Numbered from the stretch's first letter, positions 1 to 13,768 are shown. The stretch is DNA of 64,000 nucleotides from Eledone cirrhosa (GCA_964016885.1 OZ024743.1:85188001-85252000), one strand, 5' to 3'. Notes: a model not told the origin generated them from the letters alone. Numbers and translations are program-made.

Positions 1-220
1 TTATAAATTAAAAAGCAGACATAACAAAAAAAGTATATTACTAGAAATCCCACACATTATAAAATAAATAAGATGGGTTAGGGTCTCAATAGGTAAACTA
101 AACAACTGGCTTTTTAAAAAAAATCAAGGGAGGCAACCTGGAAAAATTACCAATTTTCCAACCTCCCTACCTCACGTATTCACCACTCCATTATTTGGGA
201 CTTGAGAGCACACACACACA

Positions 221-267
<47 letters not shown>

Positions 268-540
268 ATACACATGCACACACTCATATATGCTGAACTG
301 GAAACTACTAAATGAAAGCAGTCTTTTATTTAGAAACAGTTTTTTATTTTCCTTTTTAATCCATCATTTTCTTATGTTATCACACAGTATACTGATAATC
401 TGTAAGAAATATGAATATTTATACTTTATAATCCATATATTAATCAATTGAATATTTAAGCTACTTATAATTCAGCAGCTAAGATGTTTTCAAATTATTG
501 TTAGCAGCTCGACTTACTAGAGTGTCAGTTGATGCTTGTA

Positions 541-925
541 ACTGTACTTGGCTATTCCAGTATCTTAGCCTCGCTATCTGCATGACTTACTAAAGTGTGA
601 GTATACTTGGCTATCCAGCACCTTAGCCATGCTATCACCTGGCCTACCTGAAGTATAATGAATTGCTAGTATGTGTACTTGGCTATTCCAGCACCTTGGC
701 ATCACTATCACCATGACTAAATAAAATGTTGATGCTTGTGAGTGTACTTGGCTATGCCAGCATCTTAGCCACGCTATCACCTGGCTTTCCTGAAGTATAA
801 AGAGATGCTAGTAAGTGTACTTAGTTTTTCCAGTACCTTAGTCTCACTATCACCTGGCCTATCTGAAGTATAAAGAGATACTAGCAAGAGTACTTGGCTA
901 TTCCACTGCTCTAGCCTCACTATCC
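541..925. repeat. Degenerate ~70-bp minisatellite, ~6 copies
   Basis: The motif GTACTTGGCTAT(T)CCAGCA..TTAGCC..GCTATCACC recurs at about 545, 604, 677, 746, 818 and 891. Confidence 0.8.
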
Positions 926-1419
926 CCCACCCCTCCCATCTCTCCCCACACTCCTCCCTCCTCCCATATATACCCCTTCCCTTCCATCTACCCCCCCCCA
1001 ATATATTCCCACACTACACTCTTTCTATCTATTCCCACACTACACCCCTCCTATATGTTCCCCCACACCACCCCTCCCATCTATTCCCACACTACACCCC
1101 TCCTATATGTTCCCCCACACCACCCCTCCCATGTATTCCCTCACTATATGACACTCCACTCATATAGTCCCACACTACACTACACCCCTCCATCGGAATG
1201 GGCTCTGCTAGGTTTAAAAGGTCCAAGACATGCTGTATGTCACCTCAGAGCTTGTATGACTCCATCAGAGATTACAGCTTCAAACATAGAGCAATGGCTT
1301 GGCTGAATTATTAGGATGTCGAACATTCTTACCATGCTTTGCACTATTTATTCCAGCTCTTTTCATTTTGAGTTCAAATCCCATTGTGGCTTACTTCAAC
1401 TTCTACCCACACCACCCTT

Positions 1420-1676
1420 TCTCTGTAAAGTTATGTTGGTATCACAAAACATCCAGCTCACACTGTAAAGTGGTCGTGTAGGTGTCACAACAAAAGGCTC
1501 CCAGTCCACACTGGCGTTAGGAAGGGCATCCAGTAGTAGAAAACCTGCCAGATATAGTTCTATATGAGCAAGACATGGTCACCCAACCAATCTTGCCTCA
1601 AGTGGGACAAACCCATCTAACCCATGCTAGCATGGAAGATAGACATTAAACGATGATGATGATAATGATGATGATA
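1420..1676 (+). mobile_element. RTE-type 3' tail (SINE or truncated LINE)
   Basis: GGCGTTAGGAAGGGCATCCAG...AACCCATGCTAGCATGGAAGATAGACATTAAACG(ATG)n matches the 3' UTR of the RTE LINE at 42090-42490. Confidence 0.85.
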
Positions 1677-1689
1677 TACATACATACAT

Positions 1690-2418
1690 TATCATTATCA
1701 CCATTTAACACTCATTTTTCCACGTTTGTATGGGTTAGTCAGGTTAGGGTTAACGTTAGGGTTAGGGTTAGGGTGAGGCAAGTTGGATCAAGTGACCGTG
1801 TCTTGCACATACAAAACTGATTTGGGCTTGGTTTCTATGGCTGGGTGCCCTACCTAACGCCAATGACATTTACATTGTGGGCTGAATGTTTTTTGTCATG
1901 ACACCTACACGACCAATTTACAGTATGGGCTGGGAGCTTTTTGTTGTGATGCCTACATGACCACATGTGCTTTTTATCATGATACCTACAAGAACACGCT
2001 ACAATGTGGACTGGGCACTTTTTGTCATGTTACTTACACGACCACTTTACAATGTGGGCTGGGCGCTTTTTGTTATGATACCTACACAATGACTTAACAG
2101 TGTGGGCTGGGCACTTTTTGTTGTGTCACCTACATGACCTCTTTACAGTGTGGGCTGGGCACTTTTTGTTGTGTCACCTACATGACCACTTTACAGTGTG
2201 GGCTGGGCACTTTCTGTTGTGTCACCTACATGACCACCTTACAGTGTGGGCTAGGCACTTTTCGTTGTGTCACCTACAGGACCACCTTACAGTGTGGGCT
2301 GGGCACTTTTTGTTGTGTCACCTACAGGACCACCTTACAGTGTGGGCTAGGCACTTTTCGTTGTGTCACCTACAGGACCACCTTACAGTGTGGGCTGGGC
2401 ACTTTTTGTTGTGTCGCT
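1690..2418 (-). mobile_element. RTE-type 3' tail with an expanded 48-bp tandem module (~11-12 copies)
   Basis: Reverse-complement RTE tail. The unit ACAGTGTGGGCTGGGCACTTTTTGTTGTGTCACCTACATGACCACTTT recurs every 48 bp at 2097, 2145, 2193, 2241, 2289, 2337 and 2385. Confidence 0.85.
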
Positions 2419-2695
2419 ATATATACATATACTAGGCATAAAACTAATAAGGCTTTTTGTATCTCTGTGTTTGTCTTGTCTATTCTTGAGCTACATATAT
2501 GTCTGTGTGTGTGTATGCGCGTGTGTATGTGTATGTGTGTGTGTCTGTTCTTATGTCCCATAACTTAGCAGTTTAACAAAACAGAGGTCGATAAAATAAT
2601 TACCAGACTTGACAAAAAAAGTACTTGGGTCGATATGATTGACTAAATCAAAGCGGTGACCTAGCATGGCCAGACGACCATTGTCTACTGATTGA

Positions 2696-2932
<237 letters not shown>

Positions 2933-3286
2933 AAGAGAGGAGAAGAAAAGAGACAATGAAATGAAGGAGATATGAAAGAGAAGGGTAAGAGATGATAGAG
3001 ACACTGAGAGTGAGATGGATAGAAGATCAGTGAAAGAATGAAGGAGTATGGAAGAGAAAGAAAGAGAGAGGACAGAGAATAGATGAGAAGGACTATGGAT
3101 GTTTCTCCAATTGTCTTTCTGCTATATCTTTTTCCTTCTCTCTTCCCCTCTCATGATATCTCTCTGTCTATCTTTTCATTCCATCCCTCCCATTCTCTCT
3201 TTCAGTAGCAGACGACCAATAACTGACCCTTCTCTCCCCCTCGTCTCTCTGTGATCAGCAGACCACTGTAAATCTGTCTTTCTATT

Positions 3287-3321
<35 letters not shown>

Positions 3322-3327
3322 CCATCC

Positions 3328-3379
<52 letters not shown>

Positions 3380-3528
3380 GTCTAGCTGTCTGTCTGTCTA
3401 TCGATCGATCTATCTATGCATCCATCCATCTATCTATCCATCTATAATCTCTCCTTCTTCCCCCTCTCTCTCCATCTCTCTATCAGTTCGCAGTAGATTA
3501 CTGCTAGCCGCGAATTTCTGTCTTTCTC

Positions 3529-3565
<37 letters not shown>

Positions 3566-4539
3566 ATACACACACATACACACACACACATACTTTCTCT
3601 CTCCCTCTCTCTCTCACACACACACTCTATCTCTCCTTTTTCTTATTGTGTGTTTCTACTCGCCTCTTCTTCTCCTCTCTCTCTTTCTCTCGTTATTACT
3701 CTCCCCCCTTCAATGATCCACTCTGTCTTTCCCTTTCACCTTTATCTCTCTTCCTGTCTCTCTCTATATCTTTCTACAACACATTTCTTTTTCTCTCTCC
3801 CTTCCTCCCACTCTTTCTCTTTCCTCTTTCTCTCTGTCTCTTCCCTTTCTCAGTGTATCTATCACTTTCACTCTCTTAATATCTGTTTCGTCTCTTTCTT
3901 TTTTTCCCAATATCCTCAGTTTTTTTCAACATCATCGTCCTTTCTCTCCACTTCCCTCCTACACACACACACTCTCTATCTGTCTCTCTCTCCCTCTCTA
4001 TCTTTATATCTACCTATCTATCTCCCTCCTACACACTTACCCACTCGCTCTTCTTCCCTCCTTCCTAATCACATATCTCTCTCCCTCCTACACGTATACC
4101 CTCTCTATCTCTCCCTCTTCCTCCTACACACATAACCTCTCTCTGTCCTTCTCTATCTTAGTCTCTCATTTCTCCGGTCTCTCCTTATTTTTCTCCCCAC
4201 GTTCGTCTGTAGACAGAGCACGATCTGTTGTCGTCACTGACAAAGAGGCAGATCTTTGGCGGAGCCGTGGCGGGAGACACATACCACTTCAGTACAGACA
4301 AGGAAACCATCACACCACCTCTACCTCACCGCTACTATACTATCACAGCAACAACAACAACAGCAGCAGAAATAACAGCAAGTACTACTACTACTACTAC
4401 TACTACTACAGAGCCCTCAACTTCACCACTTCTACTCCACGCTATACTACGTCAGCATCATATCACCCTGAGACTGGCATGCCATACACTCCACACCCCA
4501 GCAACTGTATTGCCACTACACCACTGCACTGCCACCACT

Positions 4540-5185
4540 ACTACCACCAACACCACCACTCTATCACAACTACCACCATCACCACAGCACAACCACCCCA
4601 TCACACCACTAGCTTCCACACACTATCACCACCACCACCCTATCACCACTACCCCACATATCCTATCCCCATCACCGTCTTATCACCACTACACTAACCC
4701 CCACACACTATCACCACTGCACCCCCCACACAACCCCCACTACACTAACTCCCACCCACTATAACTACTGCACTACCACCCCGCACACAACCGCCACTAC
4801 ACTAACCCCCACACTCTATCACCACTGCACTACCACCGTCACTACACTAATCCCCACACACTATCACCACTGCACTTCTACCTCGCACACAACCACCATT
4901 ACCACTACACTAACCCGTACTACAACCACTACACTACCCCCTACTATAACCATCACCACTACACTAACCCCTACTACCACCATCACCACTACACTACCCT
5001 TTACTGCAACCATCACCACTACACTAACCCCTACTACAACCATCACCACTACACTAACCCCTACTACAACCATCACCACTACACTAACCCCTACTGCAAC
5101 CATCACCACTACACTACCCTCTACTACAACCATCACCACTACACTAACCGTCACACAACCACCACTACACTAACCCTCACAAACA
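4540..5185. repeat. 30-bp minisatellite CATCACCACTACACTAACCCCTACTACAAC, degenerate on the left
   Basis: Exact 30-bp phasing over 4950-5150. Confidence 0.85.
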
Positions 5186-5917
5186 CATACTATCACTACT
5201 ACTATTGAGTTCCTCTACCCATTCCTCCACATACACACCCTCTCCAATCCACACAATACAATCTCAACTACGCCACATTACAATACTCGATATACCACTC
5301 CATAACCACTGGTAGAACAACAATAAGAATTCTAACCACACATAACAACTCACACTGGACTACTATAACTGTGTGTGTCAGGGTTATATTTCATCATTTG
5401 CCTCCTCTCATTCGATATTTACCAAACCACAAAGACACTTTGTGTCACCTTAAGCTAACGGTAACACATCCATACATCCAGCAGCGCTTGACACGACAGA
5501 ACGTGTGTCAACCTTAACTGCTGCCAAATAAACACGCACACACACACACACATATATATATATAAGTATTCAGTAACAGGTATTAAAGATTGTATGTGAA
5601 AATTCCTTGGCAAGAAGGAATCCCTTTCCACGCCAAGAACACACTACGATCATCATCGTCATCATTATAGCACCTTCATAATTAAAGATAGATTAAACAA
5701 ATAAAACATTATCAAAGTTGTTGATAATGTTCTAAATTTAAAGAAAACAACCACAAAATAGAGATCCCACCTCATATCAAAACAATAACAGCAACAAGTG
5801 GGTGAAGGTTTTAAAATAAAAGTATTCCCCGTGCAGTGTGGATGTGGTATATTATTTGATTAATTAAATTTGATAGGAATAAAGTCTTTCAGTTTCTCCT
5901 CTCCCGCTCTCTTTCTC

Positions 5918-5967
<50 letters not shown>

Positions 5968-6901
5968 TTTAGAGGAAGAATAACGTAAAGTGTGCAAAAG
6001 AAAAGCAGAGCGGAAAGGATTGTTTACAAACGGTAATTGTTAATTGAAAAAGTGGTGAAAGGGAAATAGGAATTGATCAAGTGGAATGGTAAAGAGCAAA
6101 ACATGCTGGAATAACAAGAGATTTCACGTCAGAGAAACAGCGACACTGTTTTGAAAGATGTATCTTAACCTACTTGGATGGACACAGTTCTAGCAACAAG
6201 TGGTACTCCACACTCTTACAGACACACACGTGTGGAATAGAATCATATTTATTGCATAGAAATCACTCACCCTCTCACATACTTACACGCTTGCACACAT
6301 ATGCACGAACACATACGCACGCACAAATACATATACGTGCGAATACATAATCATACCTGTACACGCACATTCATACACACACACACACAAACACGAGAAA
6401 TTAAATAACGCAAGCACGCACAGATGTATTCGTAATTTCTTTTAACATACAAATATCAGTCATTTACACAGATTTATATCTATGTTTGTATAAATGTTCA
6501 TACATCTTTAAAACAAATTACAAACAAAGAAAAACAAAGGCAGCCACTTACAGAAAAAATTGATACACGCACATTGTATTACAAACACGCAACTACACAG
6601 TTTATTGTATAGACTCGGGTGTAGCCAACCCTTAGAACGTCTTCCACCATTTGTTTGTTACCGTTGTCGTTCCTACTACTAGAACCACAACAACCACTAG
6701 TAGCAGCAAATACTACTACCACCAGCACTACTACAACAGCTACTACTACTATCACCACCAACAATATCACAGACAAATCAAAGAACTGGGTAAAATAAAA
6801 AAAAAAGTAGTGAAGTTGAGGAAGAAAAAGATCGGCTGCTGTACTGTGAGAAAGAATCGAACTCGGTTAGCGAAGTTTCCTTGCTGTACTGTGATCCAAA
6901 A

Positions 6902-7044
6902 ATGAGTCTGTCCACCACTGTAGCCGCTTCAACACGTGCTCGTAAAGAGAGCCGCTCTCAGTCAAAGGTACCAATTTTTTCGTCAGCCCCTTCCAACAAA
7001 CAGAACAATCAACATCAACAGAGTATAGACGACACTAACAATGG
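6902..7044 (+). CDS. Candidate first coding exon of an unidentified host gene (MSLSTTVAASTRARKESRSQSKVPIFSSAPSNKQNNQHQQSIDDTNN-G)
   Basis: Unique, CpG-containing sequence. AAAATG start with an upstream in-frame stop at 6791, 47 open codons, then a consensus donor GG|GTGAGT at 7045. Product not recognised. Confidence 0.5.
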
Positions 7045-7273
7045 GTGAGTATTACTCCTCTCTTTCGCTTTCTTACTCGATTTTATATCACCCCTCCCCC
7101 TCATTTTCACTTTCACTTTCTCATTCGCCCTCTGTCTTATGCCCTCTGTCTCTCTACCTATCTATCCGTCTATCTATCTACCTATCTATCTACCTATCTA
7201 TCTACCTATCTATCTATTTATTTATCTATGCCTCTGTCTATTCATTTATATATTAATCTGATTTTCTCTCTCC

Positions 7274-7347
<74 letters not shown>

Positions 7348-7497
7348 TGTATAATAAAGGTTCATCACAAATGAAACTTCGAAGTAACTGCCACTTTTTT
7401 TCTTTGAAAAATAATATATTCACATTGCTTTGTGTATTGAGTACTTATTCAGTTAATGTTTCACTGCCTTTCTTTCTGGTTGCACATAAAAACCTCC

Positions 7498-7572
<75 letters not shown>

Positions 7573-7724
7573 AATACAGTGTGTTTAAATCTCATTGATC
7601 TCATTGGATTTCTCAATTCTTCAGTTTAACATTTCTACCAAATCAAGGACACACTATAATACCCTTCATACATTGCCATTGTGGCAAGAAAATGCACCAT
7701 TATTATTAGTATTATTATTATTAT

Positions 7725-7942
7725 AAATAAAGTACCAGTCATGCACTGAGGTCGATTTAATCGATAGATTACTGGCCTTGAGCCTAAATCAGAAACCATT
7801 ATTATTATACATTCTGAGTTCAAATCCTGCCAAGGCTAGCTTTGCCTTTCATCCTTACGAGGTTGATAAAAGAAAGCACCAGTCGATTTAATCGACTTTC
7901 CCCTCCCCCAAAATTGCTGGCCTTGTGCCCATATAAAAAAAA

Positions 7943-7999
<57 letters not shown>

Positions 8000-8190
8000 C
8001 ATCATCATCACATGGAGGGCAGTGGATTGGCAGAATCATTAGAGTGTCAGGCAAAATGTTCTACATTTTGAGTTCAAATCCCATTGTGTTCGACATTGTC
8101 TTTCATTCTTTGAGTTAATGAAATAAAAATACAGTAAATACTGGGGTCCCTACAATCAACTTTCCCCTTCCCCAAATTGTTGGCCTTATA
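7725..8190 (+). mobile_element. Cluster of tRNA-derived SINE copies (GGCAG..TTGGCAG...TCTGAGTTCAAATCC...CTTTCATCC...AAAGTACCAG family) around (ATT)n
   Basis: A/B-box-like motifs. The same family recurs at 8650, 32030, 49640-49990, 56610, 57970, 61530, 62745 and 63335. Confidence 0.8.
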
Positions 8191-8192
8191 CC

Positions 8193-8622
8193 AATCATCA
8201 TCATCATCATACGTCTGTTTTCCAAAGTAGCATGGGTTAGATGGGTTGTCACATTTGAGGCAAGTCAGGTCAAGTGACCATGTCTTACTCATACAGAACT
8301 GTTTCTGGCTTGGTTTCTATGGCTGAATGCCCTTCCTAATGCCAACCACATTTACTATGTGTGCTGGGTGCTTTTTGTTGTGACACACGACCATTTTACA
8401 GTGTGGACTGGGTGCCTTTTATTGAGGCACCGTAACAACCTCCTTACAGTGTGGGCTGGTTGCTTTTTGCCATGACACCTACACAACCACTTTACAGTGT
8501 GGGCTGGGTGCCTTTTGTCATTACACCTACATGACCACTTTACTGTGTGGACTGTGTGCCCTTTATTGTGGCACCACAACGACCAATTTACAGTGTGGGC
8601 TGGGTGCTTTTTGTCATGATGC
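8193..8622 (-). mobile_element. RTE-type 3' tail with ~5-6 copies of the 48-bp module
   Basis: (CAT)n tail, GCCCTTCCTAATGCCAACC core and repeated ACAGTGTGG(G/A)CTGGG units. Confidence 0.85.
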
Positions 8623-9124
8623 CAAAGTTAGAAAGAATTATCTTTATTGGTAGAATTGTTAGAGCGTTGGGCAAAATGCTTTGCAATATTTGTCCCAGCT
8701 CTTTACACCAATGTCATCTTTGACTTTTATCATTCTGAAGTTCTGAAGTTCTGGGGTTAATAAAACTGCCAGTTAAATACTAGAGGTGGCGGGGGGGGGG
8801 GGTATATTCAACATTTCTTACACCTAAATTACATGTGTATGGGTGTGTATGTATTAGTATATTAGAATTGATACACTATATCCCTGCATGTCATAAAAGG
8901 CAACTAAAAGGGTTGGCGTCAGGAAGGGTACCCAGCAGTAAAAGTGGACGTAAAAATCAGTACAGTACAATGAAGATATGTATTAGTTTAATGCTTGATA
9001 TAGTAGGAGGAGATCCTTAATATTTTGGATGCTAGTTCTTCATCAAAGAATAGAATGAGAAATAAAAATATAAATACAGAGATAGAGGAGAGTGAGAAGA
9101 GGAAGAAACGGAATATGTCCTAGT

Positions 9125-9442
9125 CTTCATTAAGACATCTCTCTAGGAGGAGGTCACTCTGATATAAATCCTGTCACTTCGTTTGTATCCAATAATGTAG
9201 ACCAGTCCCTCTTTTTGGGCAAATGTATTCGATGTTCAGAGAGTGGGATTGGCCTCTTTGCAAAGCCTTTCCTCACTTGAAAAAACTTCAAGTACAGGCA
9301 TCACTTGATATGTGACACTTTTTGCAATGCATGGCATTGCTGGCCATAGGCAAGCCCCTAGCAGGACTAAAATGCCACATCTGTGAGGTTCATGCTTAAG
9401 TATCAAGTGATGGATTTACTCAAAATTGAGTTGCAGCCATTG
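9125..9442. mobile_element. Unclassified dispersed repeat; second copy at 30470-30703
   Basis: About 230 bp alignable between the two loci (GTTCAGAGAGTGGGATTGGCC...GCTGGCCATAGGCAAG..CTAGCAGGACTAAA). Confidence 0.7.
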
Positions 9443-9540
9443 TGTATATATATATATATATATGCATGTATGTATGTAGGTATGTATAAATATGTATGTG
9501 TGTATAAATATATATGATGCATATATATGTATATATATAC

Positions 9541-9582
<42 letters not shown>

Positions 9583-9939
9583 AATATGTTAATCAATGAA
9601 AGAATATGGGAACAAGGTGGAATAGTTGATTAATGCATTGTTTGATGATCGCTTCAGAGAACAAGATTATTGGCGTACAGACTAATAGATGGTAGTTATG
9701 TAACTCTGTACTGTCAGCCTGGAATAATGTACTTCTATTCTGCTGTCTATCCTCAGAAACAAAGACAGTTTTCACTCTCCTTCGATGGGATAGTCACATC
9801 AAAACTATACATTGAGTTTTAAAATGGTTATAAATCCTACCAGAAAACTCATAAGTATATGTGTGTATATATATGTATATATATATATATATATGCATAT
9901 GCTGCTTATCTGTATGTATGTAATATATATAAAAGTCTA

Positions 9940-10214
9940 AAGTCTGTCTTAAGCCAGAAGGCTCATTTGGCCAGTGCTTATCTCAGTTTCATGGCGTGAA
10001 GCGACTGAGAGCACAAGACCACCCCCTGGACAGGATGCCAGTCCATCACAGGGTTAAACCCCCAGCTATTGCTGGTACTCATTTTCATCTGAGTATACTG
10101 GAGCAACGTGAAATGAAGTGTTTTGCTCAAGAACACAACACGCAACTGAGGAATCGAACCCACAACATTATCATCATAAGTCCAACACCCTTACCACTAG
10201 GCCACGTGCCTCCA
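9940..10214 (-). mobile_element. tRNA-derived CORE-like SINE with a non-RTE tail
   Basis: Head GGCACGTGGCCTAGTGG...GGTTCGATTCC, CORE-like TGTGTTCTTGAGCAAAACACTT, tail AACCCTGTGATGGACTGGCATCC. Confidence 0.8.
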
Positions 10215-10239
10215 TGTAATATATATATATACATGTAAC

Positions 10240-10523
10240 CATCATCATCATCATTGTTTGTCTATTTTCCACACTAGCATGGGTTAGACGGGTTTGTCCC
10301 ATTTGAGGCAAGTTGGGTCGGGTGACTGCGTCTCACTCATATAGGACTGTTCCTGGCTGGTTTTCAACAGCTGGATGCCCTTCCTAGTGCCAACCATATT
10401 TACACTCTGGACTGGGTGCTTTTTGCCGTGTCTCCTACACGACCACTTTACAGTGTGGGCTGGATGTTTTGTGATACCAACATAACTTTACAGAGTATAT
10501 ATATATATATATATATGGGACAG

Positions 10524-10555
<32 letters not shown>

Positions 10556-10944
10556 TATATCATCATCATCATCATCATCATCGTTTAATGTCCATGTTCC
10601 ACGCTTGCATGGGTTTGGACGGGAGTTTTCCCACTTGAGGCATGATTGGTTGTCCTGCTCGTATAGGACTGTCTGGCGGGTTTTCTACAGCTGGATGCCC
10701 TTCCTAACACCAACCACATTTACAGTGTGGACTGGGAGGTTTTTACCGTGTTGCCTACACGGCCACATTACAGCGTGGACTGTGTGTTTTTTTGTCGTGA
10801 CACCTACACGATCTCATTTGTTTCGGCCTGGATGTTGTGGCACCAACATAACTTTACATTGAAAGGGGCGGTGTGGATGGGGTAGGGGAGGTGGGACGGG
10901 GGGGTGTATTTTGTTAGAGATGCCTACTGACTGTAGTAGGTTTT

Positions 10945-10945
<1 letters not shown>
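10240..10945 (-). mobile_element. Two tandem RTE 3' ends separated by (TA)n
   Basis: (CAT)n tails at about 10240 and 10560; bodies match the RTE 3' UTR. Confidence 0.85.
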
Positions 10946-11022
<77 letters not shown>

Positions 11023-11029
11023 TAGATAT

Positions 11030-11636
11030 GTTTCTATTTATTGCCACGAGGGCGCAAAAGAAGGGGACAAATACAAAGGGGCGAGTTTACACAAAAGAAC
11101 GAGTAAAAAAACCAATAACAAATATAAAATTAACAATAAAGTCCTCAATAGGGAGGAGGCGTTTTTGGGGGTCGCACACACACCCAAAAAAGTGTGCAAC
11201 CCTTCTCCTCAGGAGCACAGAGAGAGAGTGCTCCCTTGTTCTTCCATCTTTTTCACCTACAGGCTGATATAGAGAGAAGGCCCATTCACACGGCCCATTC
11301 TCGCCACTTTCACCCACCTTTCATAAAACTGGCTGGGGTGGAGCACCTCTCTCTCCATCCTGATCCTTCTTCCGAAATGATATCGAAAGAAAAGGACCAG
11401 TTGTTGGCCAGAGAGAAAGGTGTCTGACCTCAGTCCTTTCAAACGCGTCCACCATACAACCTCTTTCACCATGGCTATTACGCACAGAAACACCGCCTAT
11501 CCTTCATTTTTGAAGGGGGGAGGCGGGTTGATTATTATAATGGACTCGGTGGTCAACCGGATAGGTCCCACCCGTGACAGTAGTCGTTCGACATAGCCCC
11601 ACAGATCGGCGATGCCCGGGCAGTGTACCAATGCAT
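11030..11636 (-). mobile_element. 5'-truncated Tx1/L1-clade LINE 3' end (family b)
   Basis: Peptide FLCVIAMVKEVVWWTRLKGLRSDTFLSGQQL is nearly identical to the ORF at 32744-33370; AATAAA then TATC/TA repeats. Confidence 0.85.
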
Positions 11637-12009
11637 GATGTGTATCCCGGGTTCAATTGGGAATAACCACAGTAAGTGGTACATAGCAGAGTATAAATGA
11701 TTAATATAGTAATGACCTCTACAGGACTAGAACTGTTTCATATATATATATATCAGCATGGTTGTATAGTTAATGACTTCGCACCATAACCATGTGTTTT
11801 GTTCATCAATCCATCTATGTGACACCTTGAGCAAGTGTCTTAACTTTTCTACTATACTGGCACCAATCCTTTTAATTGTCTCTTATGATACCTTGGGATA
11901 ACTATTTTAAACAGGATACATAAAGGATGTATGCATATATGTATCTCTCTCTCTCTATCTATTGATCTCTCGCTATATATATGTATTTATTTATTTATTT
12001 GCATTCCAG

Positions 12010-12200
12010 CCGAGGGACTGAGGCCATGCTGGGGCATCTGCCTGTCCCTTCCATCTATCTTATTTCTCATTCTTTCTTCTGATGAAGGATTAGTGTCCAA
12101 AACGTTAAGACCCTCTTCCTGCTCTATCAAGCGTTAACCTAATATATTCCTTCCATATACTGTACCGATTGTGTTGTTATTTCTGTTTACTTTTTACATA
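12010..12200 (+). mobile_element. Penelope-like (pLTR) fragment with a degenerate hammerhead core; related copies at 14075-14235 (-) and 9010-9070 (-)
   Basis: TCTT-CTGATGA-AGGA..TCC-(G/A)AAAC-GTT-AAGA motif shared between the copies. Confidence 0.6.
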
Positions 12201-12214
12201 CATATATATATATA

Positions 12215-12380
12215 TTCATTTTATTAAGGCTGAATAGTGAGTCTTGTTACTCTGGGGTTTCACCTGCTCCTGTGAGAAGCATGTGAAACTCCAGAGTAGA
12301 CTCACTATTCAGCCTTAATAAAAGGAATATTTAAACTCTACTTCAGTATTGAGTACTCTTTTCTCACAGTTGTCAACTAT
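12215..12380 (+). mobile_element. Penelope-like fragment with an inverted 5' duplication
   Basis: Arms of about 45 bp (TTTATTAAGGCTGAATAGTGAGTCT...AGACTCACTATTCAGCCTTAATAAA) and a GAAAC-TC-CA-GA-GTA hammerhead 3' half. Confidence 0.6.
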
Positions 12381-12883
12381 ATACAGATATATAGATATAT
12401 AAGAACCCCTTCAGTTGTGTCAAGAGCATGACAAGCTCCCTAGTGTTGCTGATTTACACGATAAATGCATCCAGCCGTAGAAAGCTTGCCAAGCAAAGGG
12501 TTGGGAGGACCCTTAGTAATGTGAAAGGCATAACAACCTCTCCTGAGCACTCAGTGGAATGTGAGACCATACATAAGTGAGACACATATCCCTAGCCTGC
12601 CTGGGAGATCAGTGACTCCGCTCCAGTACTGACTTTGTATGGACCAACTCAGTATTGACTTGCAGGGGAAGCGGATATTAAAGCAATGATGATGATGATG
12701 ATATATGGGGGTGTATATGAAAACATATATAAACATATATCACATCTTTATATGCAATAAACATAATAAACATATGGGGGGGGGGGACTAACTGCTGAAG
12801 AAAAATTTTTTTTTTCCCAACAACAAATTTATTGTTTTCTATTTTCATTTGTGAATATATTACAGAATTGCCAATTATATATG

Positions 12884-12930
<47 letters not shown>

Positions 12931-12935
<5 letters not shown>

Positions 12936-13190
12936 GACAAATGGCTAATAACTGGTGACATGCTGTACTGCACTATAGAAGTGTGACTCCCCCCACCTCT
13001 ATTGTCACTCCTTAGAAAATACTCTCCTCACCATTGTACACGCCTCCACTCTACCCAGGATCATCCACACCCTCACATCACCCTGTCAAATTCTCCCACA
13101 CCTGTATCATAGCCATGACATACTTTCTCAACCCTTCACCCCCTCCATATACCTAATTGAATCTCACCCACCTGTTATACACATGGCATT
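12931..13190. mobile_element. Unclassified dispersed repeat; inverted copy at ~20910-21170
   Basis: CACTCCTTAGAAAATACTCTCCTCACCATTGTACAC occurs near-identically in reverse complement at 21050-21095. Confidence 0.75.
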
Positions 13191-13191
13191 G

Positions 13192-13229
<38 letters not shown>

Positions 13230-13234
<5 letters not shown>

Positions 13235-13552
13235 ACCGTGACCTCTGGCTTCACGCAGTAATACAGAGTACCCGACCTTCCATGGGTACAAGCTGAAGCA
13301 TATAGACAATATGCCCCCACACCCCCCACTGCAAGGTGGTCGTGGAGGTGCCACGGCAAAAAAGCACCCAGCCCACACTGTAAATGAGGTTGGTGTTAGG
13401 AAGGGCATCCAGCTGTAGAAGTCAAGCCAAATCAGTTCCTGTATGAGCAAGGCATGGTCAGCCGACCAGACACTGCCCACAACAGGACAACCCGTCTAAC
13501 CCATGCTAGCGTGGAAGAACGGACGTAAAACGGTGATGATGATGACGATGAT
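13230..13552 (+). mobile_element. RTE subfamily B 3' end inserted in (TA)n
   Basis: Matches the reverse complement of 34811-35165. Confidence 0.85.
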
Positions 13553-13768
13553 CACGATAAATTAATGGAGCCATAGACTCTCGCTATTCCCGGTCAATAA
13601 TGTGCTCAAAGGAGAAGGAATCCCGAGCTCTTTATAATACAATATTTTGAAAAGGTAACCCATGGGTTATAGATTCCATACACTGGTGGTTTTCCCTGTT
13701 GGACTGATGGTGCACTATCTCTCTCTCTAGTGTGTTACCTTTTCAAAATATTGTATTATATATATATA

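Noticed and set aside
1870-2418. CRISPR-like regular array
   Set aside because: There are no unique spacers and no cas genes; it is a tandem repeat in a eukaryotic retroelement UTR.
4200-4320. CpG-rich island after a polypyrimidine tract (possible exon)
   Set aside because: No donor site or recognisable peptide; it may be UTR but this cannot be supported.
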